Shown here: piece by piece, positions 53,987 to 64,000 of the stretch
Numbering within the stretch: position 1 is the first letter of the stretch
Layout: every line of letters starts with the position of its first letter
Source: Octopus vulgaris
Taxonomy: Eukaryota
Reading direction: 5' to 3'
NCBI GenBank assembly: GCA_951406725.2
Contig: OX597832.1
Coordinates: 24,056,001 to 24,120,000 of the forward strand
Length of the DNA: 64,000 nucleotides
Notes under the pieces: generated by a model
What the model saw: the letters and a program-made list of their open reading frames with translations, nothing else
What the model was told of the DNA's origin: nothing
The model's database searches: none
Position numbers and translations under genes: made by a program

Positions 53987-54282
53987 CACCTGACACTAAA
54001 ACCATTGGTATTTCATACACAAGCTGACAAAATTTCAAGTCTGCCTGCAAAAAGTTAACAAAGCTACAGTGTTTATAACCCTCTTGAGCCCAACTAATTC
54101 AAAACATGAATAAATTAACGTTACATTTGACAGTGTAATTTAAATGCCAAAGGGACAAAGCCATCTAAATTAAAATCTTCCATCAAAATTTCATTTTAAT
54201 TCATGTTTCAAACACCATCTTAATAACGACAAAATTATTTTACTAAACTCATCACTATTTTAAAAATTAATTGAAACAATAG

Positions 54283-54653
54283 CTCTTTACTCTCTTTTAC
54301 TTGTTTCAGTCATTTTGACTGCGGCCATGCTGGAGCACCACCTTTTAGTCGAGCAAATCAAACCCAGGACTTATTCTTTGTAAGCCCAGTACTTATTCTA
54401 TCGGTCTCTTTTGCCGAACCGCTAAGTTACGGCAATGTAAACACACCAGCATTGGTTGTCAAGCGATGTTGGGGTGACAAACACAAACACAAACACACAC
54501 ATGATGGGCTTCTTTCAGTTTCAGTCTGCCAAATCCACTCACAAGGCTTTAGTAGGCCCAATGTAGAAGCCACTTGCCCAAGGTACCACGCAGTGGGACT
54601 GAACCCGGAACCATGTGGTTGGTAAGCAAGCTACTTACCACACAGCCACTCCT
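54283..54653 (-). mobile_element. SINE family A
   Basis: Matches family A. Confidence 0.9.
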
Positions 54654-55745
54654 GTGATTTTTTTTTTTTAACAGAAATATGGTAACAAAATAGTTAAGAT
54701 ACTAAACACATTCTAAGTGCTTACTTAAATACCAAGCTAAGACTAAGTAAAGGGAAGATGGTATTATTTTACAAATAGTAAACTAGGTCTGTTGTATATT
54801 TATTCCATTGTTATTTGGGTTCTGAATTTTTCTACTGCAAACCAAAACAAATTTAGAATCCTTGCGTAATAATGTTCTCCATTTTTAATGAAACAATTTT
54901 AAAATATTTACTTTCAGACTTCTATCTGGTAATTCTTAATGAGAACAATTTATGTTTTTTTTTATTTGCTATAAACAAACATAAACAATTCATACACATA
55001 AAAGTGGTGCCAACATCCTTTATTTTCTTTCTTTTATAACTTCCTGTAGGTGCAAGCATGGTGGTACTAAGTTGGTTTCCTGACCATATGGCTTGTTTTC
55101 TGCCCCATTACATAACATTTTGGGCAAGTGTCTTTCACTATAGCCCCAGGCTGATCAAAGCCTTGTGAGTGGGTGTGGTAGATGGAAACCAAAAGAAGCC
55201 CATCGTTCATGTGTGTTTATGTGAGTCTGTACATGTGTGTGTGTAGCATGGGTTGGACAGTTCGACCAGGGTCTGGTAAGCCAAGGAGGCTGCACAAATC
55301 AGACTAGAGCCTTGTGCAGCCTCCTTGGCTTACCAGACCCCGGTCGAACCGTCCAACCCATGCTAGCATGGAAAACGGACGTTAAATGATGATGATGATG
55401 ATGATATGCCACCGAGGTTGACTTTGCCTTTCATCCTTTCGGCGTTGATAAATAAAGTACCAGTTTCGATGTAATTGACTTAATCCCTTTATCTGTCTTT
55501 GTTTGTCCCCTCTATGTTTAGCCCCATGTGGGTAGTAAAGAAATATATATATGTATATATGTGTGTGTATGTTTGTATCTTCTTGTCTTGACATCATTGA
55601 ATAGTTATAAATCATACAGAATCGCTCGTTTCCAGTCGTCTATGAAAACATGTCCAGCTTTGGAGAAAATATTACCTGGCATCAAAACAGATGGGGATTG
55701 GCAAAAGATAGGTTATCCAGCCATAGAAAATCCACCTTGGCGAAT

Positions 55746-55982
55746 TCTTATTTCTTTACTGCCCACAAGGGGCTACACACAGAGGGGACAAACAAAGACA
55801 GACAAATGGATTAAGTTGATTATATCGACCCCAGTGTGTAACTGGTACTTATTTAATCGACCCCGAAAGGATGAAAGGCAAAGTCGACCTCGGCGGAATT
55901 TGAACACAGAATGTAGCGACAAACGAAATACCACTAGGCATTCCGCCCGGTGTGCTAACGTTTCTGCCAGCTCGCCGCCTTT
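55746..55982 (-). mobile_element. SINE family B monomer with TSD
   Basis: TTGGCGAATTCT on both flanks. Confidence 0.9.
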
Positions 55983-56156
55983 AATTCACATTGGCGAATT
56001 CTGTCTGACCCATGCAAGCATGGGAAATTGGAAGTTAAAACGGTGGTGGTGATGGTCATGGTCATGATAATGACAATGAATTCAAATTCTGTACTTGGTT
56101 ACCAAACATATATATATATATTAAATTTCAAACAATTGGGTTCACTACATACTCAC

Positions 56157-56219
56157 CGAATCCAGTCTACCACCCACCAGGCTGCTATAATCATCACCAA
56201 AAAGATGATAAGCAGCAAA
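56157..56219 (-). other. Candidate 63-nt exon
   Basis: CTCTATTTAG acceptor (weak) and TCG|GTGAGT donor; frames LLLIIFLVMIIAAWWVVDWI (hydrophobic) or FAAYHLFGDDYSSLVGGRLDS. Confidence 0.25.
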
Positions 56220-56553
56220 CTAAATAGAGCATACCTTGACTAGCACTCTGTTATCTCTCTACTAAACATTATGCGACTGTCAGCAATGTAATCCCAGACG
56301 ATATGGGGGTAGTGCTTATCATTTGTGCTGAACTTGTAGTTTTCTCTCAAGCGAAGCAAGGCTGACAAAGGCTACCCATTTTTATCTTTTCTTTTTCTGT
56401 TCTACTACAGGCGCAGGGCCTGGAATTATGATGGAGATAGGGTGGTGTCTTGTCGATTGTGTCAACCCTAGTGCTCAACTGGTACTTATTTTATGAACCC
56501 CAAAAAAAGATGAAAGGCAAAGTTGAGCTCTACAAAATTTGAACTCAGAACGT

Positions 56554-56764
56554 AAAGTTAAGTTAAGTTAAAATTTTTGGCTCAAAAAGCAAAAAGCAAG
56601 GCCATGTAGGGGGACATGGAGTTATGTACAGGGAGGGTGTTCATGCAAAGAGTTCAGGCCATTTCTGGTCAAGAGAGACTTTGAACCGAGCGGTCGTCTG
56701 CATTTTCACTATCTCGTCCGGCAGCTTATTCCACGGATCTGCAACCCGGACAGAGAAAGCCCCT
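56554..56764 (-). mobile_element. CR1-clade LINE 3' end, second family, (AACTT)n tail
   Basis: GAFSVRVADPWNKLPDEIVKMQTTARFKVSLDQKWPELFA*; inserted in an old SINE B. Confidence 0.85.
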
Positions 56765-58411
56765 AAGCTAGGAGAAATGCTGCAAAGCAGTTTGTCCAAC
56801 ATGCTAATAATTTGGGCACCATCTTAAAAGGTCAAAGGCTACTTTATTATTTGATTGTTTTTCTTTGTTTTCATTTGGATGCAAGAAAGATTATAATACA
56901 TATTTAAGATATTTTTTATTATTCTTTTAGTCCAATTTTGGGGTGAGAATTGTGTAATCAATTTAATTTACTCCAGTGTGATACTGGTGTCTAGTTACCA
57001 ATGCTAAGCTGGTCATGGTGCCATTGAAATTGAGAACGGTGGGTCACCAAAAGTACCTAGGTTGTGCCAATTCCACTGGCCTTTTGTTATTTTAGTCGGG
57101 TATAATTATTTCTAACTAATGAGGTAATGGAATTGAAAAATTTATAGAAGCTTCTTATAAGACCAAGTAATTTTACCGTGGACACAATTAGTTTTTGTAA
57201 AAGAAAGAAATAAAATCGTTAAAAATGTTGAAGAAAAGCATTGCACTATTTGTTGAAGTGAAACGAATGCTCAAAAGCCAGCCGGCTAAAGAAAGTAATT
57301 ATATTTAACGATGACATGCTATTAGTTGGAGGTACTTACACAATTACTTATAAATATATATGACTGGATGGATTTGAAATTTAAGAATGAGTTTAAATGA
57401 ATAGAGCAGGCAGAAGAAAACATCTTTGAAAAGACACTCTGTTTTTCTTTAAAGATGATTTACATGACCCTTGTTTATCAAATCAGGTCAATATTTATTT
57501 CACTTGTATGAGATAAATATTGATTGATTTGATTGGAATGCACTAATTGCATGTTTGATCCACATCCTTGCTCCAAGCGAACTACTTAACCCCTTTTCTT
57601 ACCATATTTCTCTTGGAATAGATTGCATTTGTTTCAATTAATTTTGAAAACACTGAAGAATTTTGTAAAATAACTTTGTTATTATTAACGCTTCCATTGT
57701 CATATTTCCATTGAAATATATTGCTTTTCTTTTAATTAATTCTGAAAATGAAAGAATTTATGAAAATAATTTTGTGTGTGGCTATGATTTAGAAGTTTGC
57801 TTCCCAACTGTATGGTTTTGCATGGCACCTTGGGCAAGTGTCTTCTACCATAGCTCTGGGCCAACTTTGTCACCATCATACAATCAGTGGCTTTCATCTT
57901 CAGTCTTCCATGAAAACATGTCTGGCCACAGAAAAATATTACCTTACTTGGAAACAGTTGAGGGTTGGTGACAAGGAGGAGGACACCCAGCCATAAAAAA
58001 ATCTGCCTCGTTTTAATTCAGTGAGCAGTAAACAACAAGAACATATCTGTTCATGCAAGTCAATGCATAATTATTTTAAGTTTCCAAATTGACTTTCAAT
58101 TCAACACTCAAGCCTAACAAATTCCCCTGAACTTGTTAGCCTTGTGCCAAAATTTGAACTCATCATCATCATTATTATTATTATTATTATTATTATGACA
58201 GTGTACTGGCAGAATTGTTACTGTCCTGGGCAAAATGCTTAGAGGCATTTCGTCTGTCTTTATATTCTGAGTTCAAATTCTACCAAGGTCAACTTTGCCT
58301 TTCATCCTTTTGGGGGTCAATAAACTAAGTACCAGTGAAACACTGGGGTCAAAGTAATCGACTAGTTCCCTCCCCCAAAAGTTCAGGCCTTGTGCCTTTA
58401 GTACAAAAGAT

Positions 58412-58530
58412 TATCATCACCATCATCATCACCACCACCATCATCATCACCTCTATCATCACCACCACCACCATCATCACCACCATCACCACCACCATCA
58501 TCATCATACCATCATCATCATCATCATCAT
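58412..58530. repeat. (CAC)n/(CAT)n trinucleotide repeat
   Basis: Direct reading. Confidence 0.9.
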
Positions 58531-59277
58531 TATTATTATTATAAACGTGGTAAACTGGCAGAATCATTAGAGTGTCAAAAAAAATGCTTCATGGAATTTC
58601 TTTCAGCTGTTATAGTTCTGATTTCAAATCCCACCTAGATTATTATTATTTTTTTCTTTTTTGCCTTTTGTTCTTTCCAAGGTTGAGCAAAATAAGTACC
58701 AGTCATGCACTGGGGGTCAATATATAATTGACTTAGCCTTCCCCTCAAAAATTGCTGGTTTCGCGCCAGAATTAGAATTATCATTATCGTTGTTACTGTT
58801 ATTATCAAATGTCATGTTTAGATCTGTCTCTTACGCGGCTTAATTGTAAACTCTATTATTGTCTTTGCATGATTTCGCCATTAATTGACTATTTTCCTAT
58901 TGTAGCCAATTAGAGTCAGTCCATTATAGTTTTCCCAGTTGAGCGTATTCAACCTTGCCTGTTTAATATAGTTTTGTGATACTAATCAATTAGTGTTCCA
59001 TTCCCACAAAGCCTTTTGAAGTTCAATTAAGTGCCTTTCCAAACCGTCTTTATTCCACTTAAGAAAATTTTTTATTGCGGTGCACAGCAGAATGAGCGGA
59101 GCACTGGACAGAATACTTTGTTGCATTCAGTTATGTTTTCTTGGCATTCTGAATTTCAAATCATGCCAGAGCCAACTTTGTCTTTAATCTTCCAGGGAGT
59201 CAATAAAATAAGTATCTGTCAAGTTTTGGGATTGGTTTACACCAACTCCTCTCATAATTTGTGACATAGTGCCACCT

Positions 59278-59590
59278 ATCATCATCATCATCATTTAGCG
59301 TCCGCTTTCCATGCTGGCATGGGTTGGACGGTTCAACTGGGGTCTGGGAAGCCAGGAGGCTGCGCCAGGCCCAGTCTGATCTGGCAATGTTTCTATGGCT
59401 GGATGCTCTTCCTAATGCCAACCACTCTGTGAGTGTAGTGGGTGCTTTTTACGTGCCACCGGCACAGGTGCCAGACGAGGCTGGCAAACAGCCACGGTCG
59501 GATGGTGCTTTTTACGTGCCACCGGCACGGGGGCCAGGCGAGGCTGGCAACGGCCATGATCGGATGGTGCTTTTTACGTGCCACCGGCAT
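59278..59590 (-). mobile_element. SINE-like family C
   Basis: (CAT)n, family core, tandem GGTGCTTTTTACGTGCCACCGGCAC units. Confidence 0.9.
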
Positions 59591-59604
59591 GATGTTAGAA
59601 ATTA

Positions 59605-59955
59605 TTATTACCTTCGCCTTGGTGAAGGTGGAGGTATTGTTTTCAGTTGCATTTGTTTCTTTGTCCATGAACAGGATATCTCAAGATCCGCTGGATGGAT
59701 TCAGATGAAACTTTCAGGGATGTTTGACCTCATGACTGGCACAAACTGATTAGGTTTGGGGATCGATCTGGTACTGAACAAGGATTCTGGATTATTTTTC
59801 CTTTTTTTTACTTAATTTTTGATAGAGGTCAGGTTCAGTTTTAGCATTCTCGTTTGTGAGGGCAGTTGAAATTATTTCAGATGTTCTCATTTTAAAAATC
59901 ATCTCCAGCTAATCGTTGAGAGGACATTGGTGTTACCTTGGTGGAGGTTTGTGCT
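59605..59955 (+). mobile_element. HINE-like element, second copy
   Basis: Collinear homologue of 32575-32933. Confidence 0.75.
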
Positions 59956-60386
59956 GTAGTAGAAAACACTTGCCCAAGGTGCCACGCAGTGGGACTGAAC
60001 CCGGAACCATGTGGTTGGTAAGCAAGCTACTTACCACACAGCCACTTCTGCGCCTGTATAAAACATTAGGGAAAGTTTTTTCTTTGCAATAAATACAAAG
60101 AAGCAAAATTTCTTTATGAACCCTTAAAATACTACTGTGGATTCCCTATTTACTATTTTGCTTGTTTGGACCCCTAAAAATCTTATACAGTGCCCACCCA
60201 CCCCACTAGGAGTTACATAGACCCATGTTGAAAATAACTTGTGTTAAGGCTCTTTTCTTGGATGAGATAGTGTTATGAGGTAGAGAATAGCCCAGAGAGG
60301 GGTCAACTAAACTGAAGTGAGGATTTTGGGGTCTACAAATAAGAGTAACCAGGTTCAAACAGAAGGCAAAATATTAAACATACTTA

Positions 60387-61005
60387 GGCATAAGAGTGGC
60401 TGTGTGGTAAGTAGCTTGCTTATGAACCACATGGTTCTGGGTTCAGTCCCACTGCGTGGCACCTTGGGCAAGTGTCTTCTACTCTAGCCTCTGGCTGACC
60501 AAAGCCTTGTGAGTGGATTTGGTAGACAGAAACTGAAAGAAGCCCTTTGTGTATATGTGTGTGTGTGTGTGTATGTTTGTGTGTCTGTGTTTGTCCGCCC
60601 AACATCGCTTGACAACCAATGGTGGTTTGCTTATGTCCCCGTCACTTAGCGGTTCAGCAAAAGAGACCGATAGAATAAGTACTAGGCTTACAAAGAATAA
60701 GTCCTGGGGGTCGATTTGCTCGACTAAAAGGCAGTGCTCCAGCGTGGCCACAGTCAAATGACTGAAACAAGTAAAAGAGTATACGTATATATATGCGTGT
60801 GTGTATGTTTGTGCCCCTCCCCCCCAACATCGCTTGGCAACTGATGCTGGTGTGTTTATGTCCCCCGTAACTTAGCGGTTCAGCAAAAGAGACCGATAGG
60901 ATAAATACTAGGCTTACAAAGAATAAGTCCTGGGGGTCGATTTGCTTGACTAAAAGGCAGTGCTCCAGCATGGCCACAGTCACATGACTGAAACAAGTAG
61001 AAGAG
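60387..61005 (+). mobile_element. SINE family A with tandemly duplicated 3' half
   Basis: 60550-60780 is repeated at about 60785-61005. Confidence 0.9.
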
Positions 61006-61339
61006 CTAGCACATGCTTTTTGATGAGAAAATAAATGTAAATTCTGCGAATGCTGCTGACGATAATCACGTGTATTAAAAATCATTAAGATTAATTAAAA
61101 ATTCGTTTTTTCCCGTTAGATATTATTGCGAAACAAGAAGTGTTATGGATGCGTTTTATAAATTACTGTTTTATTGTATCTGCCCTCTTTAAGCATTTCA
61201 TATCTGCTTGCTGCTTTTTTAAAGTAATTATTTTACATCAATTATTACCATTCTTATTCTAAGCCAATGCAAAGAATTATTTTTGCAAAAACGTTTAAAA
61301 ACGCCTTTCGCTTCAAAATTAATAGGATTTTAAAAAATT

Positions 61340-61418
61340 TTATTTATATATACATTTATATATATTTATATATATATATATATATGTTTGTTTGTATGTA
61401 TGTATGTATGTATGTATG

Positions 61419-61461
<43 letters not shown>

Positions 61462-61476
61462 GTGTGTGTATGTATG

Positions 61477-61507
<31 letters not shown>

Positions 61508-61699
61508 TTATATATATTTATATGTGTATGTATGTATGTATGTATATATATAAATATATATATTTATATATGTGTGTGTGTGTATGTATGTATATATATA
61601 TATATAAATATATATATTTATATATGTGTGTGTGTATGTATATATATATATATAAAATATATATATATATATTTATATATATATATATGTGTATGTATG

Positions 61700-61737
<38 letters not shown>

Positions 61738-61850
61738 TATATATATATGTGTGTATGTATGTATATATATATATTTATATATATATGTGTGTATGTATGT
61801 ATATATATATATATTTATATATATATATGTGTATGTGTATGTATATATAT
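61340..61850. repeat. Compound TA/TATG microsatellite
   Basis: Direct reading. Confidence 0.95.
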
Positions 61851-62654
61851 GTTTTTTGTTTTTTTTTAATTGTTAAGAAAATATTTCTTGATTACTCATT
61901 TCTTAAATTTTGTAAAGCACGAAGAATTTGTGGGGATTTGAAAGATTGTTGATGTTAATATTTCTTGAAAATGAATTCTATGATGCAATGCTAAGTTTTC
62001 CTTAGGGAACACGGCAAAGATAGTGTCAGTCAAGCACCAGTATAAACAAAAGCTTTCTTTCCTTCAACAGATGTCAAAAGTAAATTGTCTAAACAATCAT
62101 TTTCAAGGGAAACTGTTCTCCACCACCACCGCCATCGCTGCCGCTACCACTACTATCTTCATCTGCTCATCCCCTTCTGTTTTTTAATATGTCTGGGATG
62201 ATATGATATTCGAGGAAGAAGCCCCACCGATAGATTAACTCAAATTTCATCTTGTCAAACACAAAAGCCTTAATATTCATTACAAGTTTACAAGTGTTTC
62301 TCCGATGCAATAGGTGATGGCGGTGGCAGGGGGGAGTGGTGGTGTTCGGATGGGGGTGGGGTGGGGGTGGGGGGTTCATGACATGTTTAGAACAAACCTA
62401 GCAAACAAAAGCCTTGTTTTTTTTTCTGTTTTTTTTTTTTTATCTCGAAGATCGTCGAATGCTGGATCTGCTTGCATTTCCTCCTCCTCCGACATCAGCT
62501 TCCATTATTAATGGGGGTGGGGATTTCATTTCTTGTTTTAAAGAAAACTGTGTATGTGTGTGTGTGTGTGTGTATAAATATAGATGTATGTAGGTAGAGA
62601 AGTTGGCTGTGTGGTAAGAAGCTTGCTTCCCGACCACATGGTTCAGGGTTCAGT

Positions 62655-63155
62655 CCCCTGAAAGGATAAAAGGCTGTGTTGACCCCAGCAGAATTTGAAC
62701 TCAGAATGTAAAAACAGATGAAATGACATGAAACAGTTTGCCCAGCATGCTAACAATTCTTATTTCCTTATTGCCCACAAGGGGCTAAGCATAGAGGGGA
62801 CAAACAAGGACAGACAAAGGGATTAAGTCGATTACATTGACCCATTGCATAACTGCTACTTAATTTATCGACCCTGAAAGGATGAAAGGCAAAGTCGGCC
62901 TCAGCGGAATTTGAACTCAGAATGTAATGGCAGACGAAATACCTATTTCTTTACTACCCACAAGGGGCTAAACACAGAGGGTACAAACAAGGACAGACAC
63001 ACGGATTAAGTCGAATACCTCAACCCCAGTGTGTAACAGTTATTTTTTTAATCAACCCTGAAAGGATGAAAGGCAAAGTCGACCTCGGCAGAACTTGAAC
63101 TCAGAACGTAAAGACAGACGAAATAGCGCTAAGCATTTCGCCCAGCGTGCTAACA
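62655..63155 (-). mobile_element. SINE family B multimer
   Basis: Junction CAGACGAAATACCTATTTCTTT near 62931-62952 is the reverse complement of the standard multimer junction. Confidence 0.88.
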
Positions 63156-64000
63156 TATATACGACGGGCTTCTTTCAGTTTCCGTCTACCAAATCCACTC
63201 ACAAGGCTTTGGTCGGCCCGAGGCAATATTAGAAGACACTTGCCCAAGATGCCACGCAGTGGGACTGAACCCGGAACCATGTGGTTGGTAAACAAGCTAC
63301 TTACCACACAGTCACTCCTGCGCCTTTTCATTTTTTTTTTTTTTTTTGTTTTTTTTTCTGTTTCTCTCTCGTTTTAAGAAATGCGGAAAGCCACAGTGGT
63401 TATTATTTCATGTTCCCAACTTTTTGAATTTATGTCTTTGACAATTGATTTTTCCTGCATCTTATTATGAAGTAATGTACTTCTGTCAAAAGCTTTCTCG
63501 CCGTTCTGTGACACTAAGTTCTTTATGAAGTGACCGTATAATCCTCCTTTAATTCCTGGTTGGAGATTCTTGGCATAATAACCTTTGCTTCCATAACTGC
63601 TAATGTACTGTTCATGGCGTTTCCATTATCATTGTGATGTTTCTTCATGCTTGTGTGCAAGAAATATTTATTCCATGCTTTTCTGCTGGCACCATAAGGA
63701 AAGTGAAAGTATTCTTCATTTCAAGAAGATTTACTACGAAGCAAAGCAACTAAGATACTGTCTGAAGGAGCTTCTATGTGGTTGCCTAGCCTGCTAGAAT
63801 GAACAGCTAAATCTTCAACTCACACCCTATCATCATCATCATCATTGTTTAACCTTCATTTTTTCCATGCTTGCATGGGACATACAGAATTTATTGAGGC
63901 AAGTTTTCTACTGCCAGATGCCCTTTCTGTTCTGACCATTTGCCTTTTTCCAAGTAAAGTAGTATTCCCCGTGACCAGAGGTGTTTTCATGGAATATTGA

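Noticed and set aside
62053-62086. Plus-strand 9-nt microexon (TTCTTTCCTTCAACAG|ATGTCAAAA|GTAAAT)
   Set aside because: Weak donor and no partner exons identified

Overview
AT-rich eukaryotic non-coding DNA, most likely from an octopus or other coleoid cephalopod. This is inferred from recalled repeat families, not from a database search. No intact protein-coding gene is supported, and almost all ORF-track entries are translations of (TA)n/(TG)n microsatellites or SINEs. The window is a mosaic of four to five SINE-type families, decayed LINEs (CR1, RTE, R4/Dong), Tc1/mariner remnants (mariner, DD37D maT), piggyBac-type and Tc2/pogo-type MITEs, Helentron-type HINEs and long compound microsatellites. 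A few weak candidate exons lie on the minus strand. The most interesting signal is at 35492-35908: a head-to-head pair of a tRNA-headed SINE-like element, flanked by a target-site duplication (TSD), with a minimal type I hammerhead ribozyme in each arm, suggesting a Penelope-mobilised ribozyme SINE. Also notable are SINE multimers with one invariant self-complementary junction, a CR1 LINE and a SINE sharing a 3' tail, recurrent fold-back hairpins, and a probable assembly ghost duplication. Coordinates were read by eye and may be a few bases off.
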